The notes beneath the pieces are model-generated. The model ran no database searches, was not told where the DNA came from, and was given only the letters and a program-made list of their open reading frames with translations. Below are positions 56,153 to 64,000 of a stretch of 64,000 nt of DNA, piece after piece (the first letter of the stretch is position 1; every line of letters starts with the position of its first letter). The translations under genes and the position numbers were made by a program. The stretch is from positions 2,523 through 66,522 of the forward strand of contig CAIJLK010000298.1 of the NCBI GenBank assembly GCA_903821465.1. The letters run 5' to 3'. The stretch comes from an uncultured Bacteroidota bacterium (GTDB lineage: Bacteria; Bacteroidota; Bacteroidia; Chitinophagales; Chitinophagaceae).

Positions 56153-57553
56153 ATGCAGAAAGGGTTTCTTACGATATTATTTCTTCTTTTTTTAAAAATA
56201 TATGGTTGGGGTCAAGAAAAGTTAGAATTTTCATCGGCAGCCTACCATTCATTCACAAAGACAAGAACTTTGGATTTTCTGAATGATCCTGATATAAGAA
56301 CTGAATTCTTGAATAATCTAGATACAGTTGTTCAACAATTATTTCAAAAGCGGTTAAATTATTCCAATGGTTTCAAGTTCAAAACAGAGAACCCAGACGG
56401 GATTAATATAAATCCAGAAAGTGCTAATTTTCGAAAAAAAGACCTGAATCCTAACGACAAAACTACCTACTATCTTGCATTTGAAATTAGTGAACATCCA
56501 ATCACAACCGAAATGGCTTTAAAGGATGTGGACACTAGTTTTATCAACTTGCTTGCAAAGAAAAAGAATATTTGCGTATACCAATTCAGTGCGAGAATTA
56601 TTCGCTCAGATGAATCAATTGTATTGGATAAACAACTTTTTGTACTACTTGCTAGACCTGACAATTCGTTTTTCTTAGGATTTGAACATCCTTATTATAA
56701 TGTAGGTTCAATGGGACTTTCCAAGATCATAAAAACCTGTCTCCCTATTTTAATGGATAGTAACATTGAAACTGAGTTGATTCAGATAACCGCATTGCCT
56801 GCCTATGTTCCTGATAATTTTATACAACCTACTATACTAAACAAGGCAAGAACTTATACTACTATTAAAAAGAATTTTGTACAGTATAACAGCAGGAACG
56901 AAATACAATCGATCAGGTTTCAAGAACCAGGATATAATCCAATTATTTTGAAGGGTAAAAATAGTACCCCCCTACCAGTTGACATTCAAACTGCCATCAA
57001 ATATTACAAAAGGGACTATATATTTTTATGGGAGGAAAGCCGTGATGTTTTTGCAGATAAGAATTATAAAATAGCAACGATTGCAACTGTTGTAAATGAC
57101 GCATACGATCAGGCGCGTCCCCATTGGTTCAATCTTAAAACCGGACTCCCTTTACAATTCCTGCCAGGTAATTACCATTATTTAATTCAAAACAATGATA
57201 CCATTGCCCGTTTCAATATTCAATTACAGGTAAGTGATCCTTCAAAAAAAGTTTTTTATAATCAAATCATCAATACCAAAGACTATTCAACCATTACGGT
57301 TTCAAATACATTTCAAGCGATCAGTCATGTGTATCACTTTGTTTTAAACGGAACCCTACAAAATAAATCATTTAAAATTTTCATCAGTGGCATTAACGGA
57401 ACACCTTCCATTAAAGAAATTTATTTTAACGGATCGTTAGTCTGTATAGCTCAGGGAACCTTGTATCCGGAAATTTTATCGATCATTGATCCAGAGCTTT
57501 CTTCAGATACTTTGAACCAATTACTATTACTATCGTTCAGTAGCTTATTTTAA
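56153..57553 (+). CDS. hypothetical secreted protein
   Basis: 466-aa ORF with a signal-peptide-like N-terminus. Confidence 0.75.
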   Translation: MQKGFLTILFLLFLKIYGWGQEKLEFSSAAYHSFTKTRTLDFLNDPDIRTEFLNNLDTVVQQLFQKRLNYSNGFKFKTENPDGININPESANFRKKDLNPNDKTTYYLAFEISEHPITTEMALKDVDTSFINLLAKKKNICVYQFSARIIRSDESIVLDKQLFVLLARPDNSFFLGFEHPYYNVGSMGLSKIIKTCLPILMDSNIETELIQITALPAYVPDNFIQPTILNKARTYTTIKKNFVQYNSRNEIQSIRFQEPGYNPIILKGKNSTPLPVDIQTAIKYYKRDYIFLWEESRDVFADKNYKIATIATVVNDAYDQARPHWFNLKTGLPLQFLPGNYHYLIQNNDTIARFNIQLQVSDPSKKVFYNQIINTKDYSTITVSNTFQAISHVYHFVLNGTLQNKSFKIFISGINGTPSIKEIYFNGSLVCIAQGTLYPEILSIIDPELSSDTLNQLLLLSFSSLF

Positions 57554-57561
57554 ATGCATAC

Positions 57562-57595
57562 AAAAAATCCAGATAAAATGCTTATCCGGATTTTT
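57562..57595. terminator. bidirectional terminator
   Basis: aaaaaatccagataa...ttatccggattttt between convergent genes. Confidence 0.75.
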
Positions 57596-57623
57596 AAAAA
57601 TTTGAGTTTATTACAAGCGTACT

Positions 57624-57980
57624 TTATTCCACAACAGTTGCAGCTTTGTTTGCTCCCAACATTAATAGATCGCTTGCCACTATTTCGGTGATATAATGTT
57701 TCACTCCTTGCTTATCGATATAATTTCTATTCACTAATTTTCCTTCAATAGCAACTTCCTTTCCTTTATCGAGGTATTTCTCTACAATTTCTGCCAGCTT
57801 ACCCCAGGCAACCACATGATGCCATTGGGTTTCAGTTACTTTTTCTCCCTGTGCATTGTGATAGCTTTCGTTGGTTGCTACCGAAAATTGTGCCAGTTTT
57901 TTACCGGTTTCTGTTGTTTTTACATCAGGTGTTTGCCCAAGATTACCTATGAGCTGCACTTTGTTTTTCATTGCGTACAT
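57624..57980 (-). CDS. ssb: single-stranded DNA-binding protein (short paralog)
   Basis: NKVQLIGNLG..P, ATNE.Y, TQWH.VV.WGKLAE, KG..V.IEGKL..R. Confidence 0.93.
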   Translation of the reverse strand: MYAMKNKVQLIGNLGQTPDVKTTETGKKLAQFSVATNESYHNAQGEKVTETQWHHVVAWGKLAEIVEKYLDKGKEVAIEGKLVNRNYIDKQGVKHYITEIVASDLLMLGANKAATVVE

Positions 57981-58198
57981 AAAATCCTAATTTATTAATG
58001 ATGAATACTGGTCAACCCAGCAATTACACAACAAATATGTTCGACAGGTTTTCAATTAATAGGTTGATAAATATTTACATCCGAGTATAAACGTTTACAA
58101 ACGCTTAAAGCAAAAATTAAAATGAGCTAACCCAAGTTAATTTTCTAGTATTGAATCTGTATATTTAACAATACTATTTTATATAATAAATAATTATC

Positions 58199-59632
58199 AT
58201 GAGAAAAATTCTGTTCATAGGTAGCACCCTATTTGCAATCTGTAGTTTGGCGCAAACCACTGCAGTTTCTCCCAATAAATCGAGTGTTTTAAAATCTGTA
58301 GAAAAACACCAAGAGGAACTGACAAAAATTAGTGACCAAATCTGGGGCTTTGCAGAAATTGCGATGCGCGAACATAAATCAGCAAAACTCTTGGCCGATT
58401 ATGCCGAAGCGCAAGGCTTTAGAGTGAGGAAAGGTGTAGCCAATATTCCAACTGCATTTATAGCCGAATATGGTTCGGGCAAACCTATCATTGGCATACT
58501 TGGCGAATTTGATGCATTGCCTGGTTTATCACAAAAAGCACAACCTAATAAAGAAGCATTGCTCGCAGGTGCTGCGGGGCATGGATGCGGACATAATATG
58601 TTTGGCACTGCAAGCCTTGGCGCAGCAATATCTATAAAAGAATTAATTGCTGCAGGAAAATTAAAAGGCACTATCCGATTTTATGGAACACCTGCTGAAG
58701 AAGACCTTGGCGGAAAAGTTTGGATGGCTAAAGAAGGCTTATTCAACGACCTTGATGTTTGCCTAGATTGGCATCCCGATTATGAGAACAAAGCCAATAT
58801 GCAAAGCTCACAAGCAATTACTGATTATACCATTTCTTTCAAAGGTAAGTCTGCACATGCTGCTGCCGACCCTTGGAATGGCAGAAGTGCTTTAGATGCA
58901 GCAGAACTTTTTGCGCAAGGCATTAACTATATGCGCGAACATGTAAAACCTAGCGTTCGGATGCATTATGTTTTTACAAAAGCTGGTAAAGTACCCAATG
59001 TAATTCCTGATGAAGCGGCGGTATGGTTATGGATCAGAGATAGTAAAAGAACTGGTGTTGCTGAAGTATCAGAAAGAATGAAAGATATTGCCAAAGGTGC
59101 TGCGCTGATGGCTGGTGTAACATCTGAAGTGAGATTGAATAATGGTTTGTATGAACTATTGATTAACGAAACAGGGGCAAAAACTTTACAAAATAATATG
59201 AACCTGGTAGGACCTGTTTCATATACAAAAGATGAATTAGATTTTGCCGATAAGATCATGAAAGAATATGGCTTAGAATCTAAAGGAATCAATGGTGCTA
59301 TCAAGCCCCTTGAAAAAACAAATGAGACTGCACCCGGCGGATCAACCGATGTGGGTGATGTAAGTTATATCGTTCCTGAAATTACTTTGTTAGCTACCAC
59401 AGCACCATTTGAAGCACCTTGGCATTCATGGGTAGTTGTGGCTTGTGGCGGTATGAGTATCGGACACAAGGGATTATTATTCGCATCAAAATCATTAGGT
59501 ACAACTATGGTTGACCTTTTTGAAAACGAACAATTAAGAAAAGATATTAAAGCAGAATTTTTACAGAGAAAAGGAAAAGAAGTTTGGAAAGCGATGTTCC
59601 CAGACGGACCCCCGCCTGTTCCAAAAGATTAA
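58199..59632 (+). CDS. M20 family amidohydrolase (AbgB-like) with signal peptide
   Basis: GEFDALPGLSQ, GHGCGHN, PAEE, WHP, GRSALDA.E, GSTDVGDVS. Confidence 0.9.
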   Translation: MRKILFIGSTLFAICSLAQTTAVSPNKSSVLKSVEKHQEELTKISDQIWGFAEIAMREHKSAKLLADYAEAQGFRVRKGVANIPTAFIAEYGSGKPIIGILGEFDALPGLSQKAQPNKEALLAGAAGHGCGHNMFGTASLGAAISIKELIAAGKLKGTIRFYGTPAEEDLGGKVWMAKEGLFNDLDVCLDWHPDYENKANMQSSQAITDYTISFKGKSAHAAADPWNGRSALDAAELFAQGINYMREHVKPSVRMHYVFTKAGKVPNVIPDEAAVWLWIRDSKRTGVAEVSERMKDIAKGAALMAGVTSEVRLNNGLYELLINETGAKTLQNNMNLVGPVSYTKDELDFADKIMKEYGLESKGINGAIKPLEKTNETAPGGSTDVGDVSYIVPEITLLATTAPFEAPWHSWVVVACGGMSIGHKGLLFASKSLGTTMVDLFENEQLRKDIKAEFLQRKGKEVWKAMFPDGPPPVPKD

Positions 59633-59657
59633 TAAATCTTCGATAATTTTAATAGAT

Positions 59658-60671
59658 ATGAATCAATTAAAAGCTCCAAATTGGAAACTTGCTATTGGCT
59701 TGCCTGCATTGGTTATACTGACTTGTATTTTAATTGTATTCACGCCTATTTATCAAATTAAGAAAAGTTTATTAACCCCTGCTATCCTACTAGACTTATT
59801 AATTACTGCACCATTGCTTTACTATTTTGTTATTTATAATAGTACGGTGCCTAAGAAAACTGTAATTCGTGTGTTCATGATCGGGCTTCTTTTTGCAGGC
59901 ATCCTTGTTGGAACTGATTCATCAAAGTTTTTGTTGCAAATAAAAAAATGGGTTGCGCCCATTTTGGAATTATATGTGGTTGTTAGTTTATATACTAATT
60001 TCTCAAATGCAAAGAAGAATGCAGTAAAATCTGGTAAAGAAGATTTTGATTTTCTTCCTTTTTGCAGACTATCACTAATAAATTTTTTAGGGAACAAAAG
60101 ATTGGGAACATTAATTGCATCTGAAATCGCAGTTTTTTATTATGCATTTTCTATTAACCCTTCTAAGCCTATAGATTATAAAAGATATTTTAGTTACCAT
60201 AAGAAAAATGGAATCCTCCTAGTACTTGGAACATTTCTATCACTGTTTATCATTGAAACAGCTGGTATGCATTTAGTTTTTCAGCTATGGAGCAAAACAG
60301 CGGCATGGATATTAACTGGAATTAGTATCTACACTTGTTTGCAACTCTTTGCGCATATTCGATCCATCAAATCACGCCCTATTTATATTAACGATGATAC
60401 CTTAGAATTACACAATGGCCTAGCAGGAGACGCTTCAATTCCTTATACAATTATTAAAGAAATTGATTTTACAAATAAAATGCCCTCAGCAGGTACTATC
60501 CAACAATTAGTATTGATCAAAGGTTTTGAAGGGCATAATTGCGTGATTCATTTAACTGAACCCATTACTATTAATCGATTATTTGGAATAGAAAAAGTTT
60601 GCGATACCATATTGTTTAATTGTGATCAACCAAAACTTTTTGAAGAAGAAATAAAAAAAATGCGGACTTAA
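59658..60671 (+). CDS. hypothetical multi-pass membrane protein
   Basis: 337-aa ORF with several TM segments. Confidence 0.75.
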   Translation: MNQLKAPNWKLAIGLPALVILTCILIVFTPIYQIKKSLLTPAILLDLLITAPLLYYFVIYNSTVPKKTVIRVFMIGLLFAGILVGTDSSKFLLQIKKWVAPILELYVVVSLYTNFSNAKKNAVKSGKEDFDFLPFCRLSLINFLGNKRLGTLIASEIAVFYYAFSINPSKPIDYKRYFSYHKKNGILLVLGTFLSLFIIETAGMHLVFQLWSKTAAWILTGISIYTCLQLFAHIRSIKSRPIYINDDTLELHNGLAGDASIPYTIIKEIDFTNKMPSAGTIQQLVLIKGFEGHNCVIHLTEPITINRLFGIEKVCDTILFNCDQPKLFEEEIKKMRT

Positions 60672-60683
60672 TATAGTCCGCAT
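60660..60683. terminator. hairpin between convergent genes
   Basis: atgcggact-N6-agtccgcat preceded by an A run. Confidence 0.7.
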
Positions 60684-60703
60684 TCAATTTGAAGTAAAAG
60701 TAA

Positions 60704-62629
60704 TTATAAACCAACAGTTACTCCAGCCATCATATTAAATCGCTTACTATTATACCCAACTATGTCGAAGTATTCTTGATTGGTAATATTTCTTAGATCT
60801 ACAAATGCTCTACAGTTTTTTGAGATAGTATACCCTAAATAAAAATCTATCGTATAATAAGAAGGCATCTTTGCAGGACCAGCATCATACATGCCTTTTA
60901 ATCTATTACCTACAAAACGAAATGAAGGCATAACAGTAAATCCTTTAGCAAGCTCAGCTGTAAATATTGAGCTGAATGCAAAATTTGGTCGTCGATACAA
61001 ATTTTTAGTTTTAACACCCGCATTTTCACCATCCCCATCAACATAAGTTAGATTGTTTATCAAGCTTATCCTTTTTGTAAAACCAATAGTTGATTCTAGT
61101 TCAAAACCATAATCGTGTTGTTGATCGCGATTGATATAATTACTTGCATAAGTATTAGGATCAGTATAAAATACAATCAAGTCTTTGATCTCTCTTTTAA
61201 AGCCTCCTATTCTAAAATTGGATTGCTTATTCTTACTATATAATTGCACGCCAATTTCGCTATTGGTACTTTTTTCGGGTTTCAGATTTTTATTTCCATA
61301 CTCACTATATAGTTGATATAATGACGGAATCTTAAATGCAGAAGAAACATTAATAAATAATTTTACAAAATCGCTGATATGATACGATGGATTAAAAGTA
61401 TAAGTTAGATTATTGCCATAAATACTATGATGGTTATATCGGAAGCCCGCTTCAAAATCAAACCCTGATACTCCAGTGATTAATAGTGAATGATACATGG
61501 CAATATTTGAAGCTTTTGCACTATCCCCTAAAGCAGTTTCATAAGGTCCATAACTACTGATACTTAAATAGTGTTGGTCAGTTTTTTGAGACAACCCTTG
61601 TAAACCAGATATCAATTTAATTTTTTTCGTAATTTCAAAATTTCCAAACAGTTCGGTTACAGCTGTATTGCCATGGTAATCACCTTTTGAATAAAAATCA
61701 AATCCGCTTACACTTGCACTATCGTTCAAATAAGATCTAGAGGTTTGAGAAAAACTTTGAGACAAGTGTAATTGAATTGAAGGAGTTGAATACGACAATT
61801 CAATATTTTGCATAGAATTTTTATTCTCAAAATAATCGTCTTTATCATTTTGGAATGCTCCTGGATCTGTACTTCCGTTATACTTCGAAGAAATACTAAA
61901 AGCTTTAATAGAAAAATGATCACTAAATTGATACCCTAGTTTAGCTTGAAAATTATTTTGTTTAAAATCATCATTTTTAAAATTCATCTTGCCTGTACTA
62001 TCATGTGCTACAGGAAACCCTCCTGATTTAATATAATCATAGACTAGACTATAACTGAACTTTTTTATAGTGCCATTTAACCCAAGATTACTACGAAATG
62101 TTTGATAGCTGCCATAGCTTAGCATGGCAGTAGAATTAATTGAATTTTTTCCTGCATTTTTAGTGATAATATTAATCACTCCTGCAACAGCATCGCTACC
62201 CCACAAAGTGCTTTGAGCTCCTCTAAGAATCTCTATTCGCTCAACCTGACCCAATGTAATCAAGTTTAAATCAAAGGTATTGTTGACGTTAGATGGATCA
62301 CCAACTGGAGTACCATCAATTAATATTAAAGTATTACCTGAACTAGCACCTCGCAAGTAAACATCTGGATTTGTTCCTGCATTGTTGTTTGCACCATTAA
62401 TAAAAATACCTGCTTGATAATTGATTATTTCAGTAAGTGTTTTACCTGCATTGCGTTGCAAGGTCTCCTGATTAATTACGGTAATCATTTTACCCGTACT
62501 ACTTTGTTTCTGCTCAACTCGATTGGCAGTTACGATTACTTCGTCCAACTGTTTTACAGTGGTACTGTCTTGGGCATGTAGCTGACTGCTGAAAATGATA
62601 GCAGTCATAACTAAAAACTTTCTTTTCAT
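60704..62629 (-). CDS. btuB: TonB-dependent cobalamin receptor (BtuB-like)
   Basis: LDEVIVTANR, plug ILIDG, IEILRG.QS.L.GSDA..GVINIIT, L.PE; downstream of a B12 riboswitch; start placed at MKRKF. Confidence 0.85.
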   Translation of the reverse strand: MKRKFLVMTAIIFSSQLHAQDSTTVKQLDEVIVTANRVEQKQSSTGKMITVINQETLQRNAGKTLTEIINYQAGIFINGANNNAGTNPDVYLRGASSGNTLILIDGTPVGDPSNVNNTFDLNLITLGQVERIEILRGAQSTLWGSDAVAGVINIITKNAGKNSINSTAMLSYGSYQTFRSNLGLNGTIKKFSYSLVYDYIKSGGFPVAHDSTGKMNFKNDDFKQNNFQAKLGYQFSDHFSIKAFSISSKYNGSTDPGAFQNDKDDYFENKNSMQNIELSYSTPSIQLHLSQSFSQTSRSYLNDSASVSGFDFYSKGDYHGNTAVTELFGNFEITKKIKLISGLQGLSQKTDQHYLSISSYGPYETALGDSAKASNIAMYHSLLITGVSGFDFEAGFRYNHHSIYGNNLTYTFNPSYHISDFVKLFINVSSAFKIPSLYQLYSEYGNKNLKPEKSTNSEIGVQLYSKNKQSNFRIGGFKREIKDLIVFYTDPNTYASNYINRDQQHDYGFELESTIGFTKRISLINNLTYVDGDGENAGVKTKNLYRRPNFAFSSIFTAELAKGFTVMPSFRFVGNRLKGMYDAGPAKMPSYYTIDFYLGYTISKNCRAFVDLRNITNQEYFDIVGYNSKRFNMMAGVTVGL

Positions 62630-62741
62630 TTTTAAGAAATTTTTGTTGTGACTACTTTCAGGAAATAAAAAAAGATAGAAATATAAAGGCCTCACGACGC
62701 TTACATCTCATGCCTTTCACCCGAAAGCTGAAAAATTGTGA

Positions 62742-62925
62742 TGGCGGCGGCAGGTCTTCTGACTTGCTCCATTATTCAAGGCCTTCCCATCCCGAATTCT
62801 CGGGACAGTGGCACGTGGTTTGAATAATACTAAGGAGCTTACAGCTACGGGGATAGTCCCGGATTTACACCGGATTCCCTATTAATCTTTCTACTTTATA
62901 AAAGTATCAGAACCGAAACCGAGAC
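62742..62925 (-). ncRNA. cobalamin riboswitch
   Basis: Minus strand: AGGGAATCCGGTGTAAATCCGGGACTATCCCCGTAGCTGT...GCCACTG...GGGAAGG...AAGTCAGAAGACCTGCC. Confidence 0.95.
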
Positions 62926-63046
62926 AAAACTAATGTTAAACTAACCGTAACACAAAAAGAAATTGTCTTTAACAAAACTTACCTTTAAAATTGTGTTTAA
63001 ATTCTTGATAAAAATTATTTAATAAAAAATTGAACCATTAATATTC

Positions 63047-63820
63047 ATGCGCATCATCTCCTATAATGTTAATGGCATACGTGCCGCAATTAAAAAAGGC
63101 TTTATCGATTGGTTAAAAACAGACCCTGCTGATATTATTTGTTTACAGGAAACCAAAGCGCTTAAAGACAATGTGGACTTTAAATCTATCGAAGACTTAG
63201 GCTTCCACACTTACTGGTTCTCTGCACAAAAAAAAGGATATAGTGGTGTTGCTATCTTTACTAAGATCAAACCTGATCAGGTGTTTTATGGTAATGAAAT
63301 AGATCATAGCGATTTTGAAGGAAGGGTTATTCGCGCAGATTTTGGCAAAATCACCCTGATCAATGCTTATTTCCCTTCAGGTACCAGCGGTGAATTAAGG
63401 CAGACTTATAAATATAAGTGGCTCGATGAATTTTTTGTGTATTTACAGGACTTGCGTAAAACCAGACCAGATATTATAATTCTAGGTGATTATAATATTG
63501 CACATGCAGCGATCGATATACATGATCCTAAAGGGAATAAAAACTCTTCTGGATTCTTACCTGAAGAAAGGGCATGGATGGATAAGTTCTTAGAAAATGG
63601 ATGGGTTGATAGCTTTAGAAAGTTGAATCCAGAGAAAACAGGTGCTTATAGCTGGTGGAGCCAACGTTTTCCAAGTGTTCGATTAGAGAATAAGGGCTGG
63701 AGAATTGATTATATCTGCGTTACAGACAATCTGGCGTCTAAGTTAAAAACGGCCAATATCTATCCCGATATTAAGCATAGCGACCATTGCCCAATATTTC
63801 TTCATCTCAATAAACCATAG
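63047..63820 (+). CDS. xth: exodeoxyribonuclease III
   Basis: SYNVNGIRA, LQETKA, KGYSGV, Y.PSG, GDYNIAH, GWRIDY, SDHCP. Confidence 0.96.
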   Translation: MRIISYNVNGIRAAIKKGFIDWLKTDPADIICLQETKALKDNVDFKSIEDLGFHTYWFSAQKKGYSGVAIFTKIKPDQVFYGNEIDHSDFEGRVIRADFGKITLINAYFPSGTSGELRQTYKYKWLDEFFVYLQDLRKTRPDIIILGDYNIAHAAIDIHDPKGNKNSSGFLPEERAWMDKFLENGWVDSFRKLNPEKTGAYSWWSQRFPSVRLENKGWRIDYICVTDNLASKLKTANIYPDIKHSDHCPIFLHLNKP

Positions 63821-63837
63821 AAAATCAATCATATAAG

Positions 63838-64000
63838 ATGTTTATATATAATATTACTACAAAAGTCGACCCCTCAGTGCATGAAGCCTGGGTTGCATGG
63901 ATGAAACAAACACATATCCCCGATGTGATGCATTCGGATTGTTTTAGCGATTTTCAATTTGTTCGCTTGCTTGAATTGGATGATAGCGATGGTCCAACTT
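63838..64000 (+). CDS. DUF4286 family protein (3' truncated by window)
   Basis: Translated by hand: MFIYNITTKVDPSVHEAWVAWMKQTHIPDVMHSDCF... Confidence 0.75.
   Translation, partial: MFIYNITTKVDPSVHEAWVAWMKQTHIPDVMHSDCFSDFQFVRLLELDDSDGPT

Overview
AT-rich Bacteroidota chromosome segment, most consistent with Chitinophagaceae (Sediminibacterium-like). That assignment is inferred from the TAnnTTTG promoters, fused ccoNO, split metH and futalosine-pathway mqnC. The window is mostly core and metabolic genes: argH (3' end), an FKBP, two M16 peptidase subunits, ppdK, a padR-pspC operon, gcvT and gcvH, mqnC, an ECF/anti-sigma/beta-barrel operon, serS, a cbb3 oxidase cluster with an FNR-like regulator, kup, a UvrD-like helicase-nuclease, recR, split metH, AsmA, LOG, ssb, btuB under a cobalamin riboswitch, and xth. 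I found no tRNA, rRNA, IS element, prophage or CRISPR array. The most interesting signals are non-coding. (1) A candidate ~80-nt sRNA with a sigma-54 promoter, whose seed is antisense to start-codon regions. (2) An identical tandem FNR-like box architecture (box-8-box-22-promoter) at three promoters, linking a hypothetical gene and ppdK to the cbb3 cluster. (3) A structured metH leader with alternative pairings. (4) Inverted heptamer arrays between two convergent genes. (5) A ligand-degenerate hemerythrin/RIC homolog. (6) No ccoG in the cco cluster. All calls were made by eye, without database searches.
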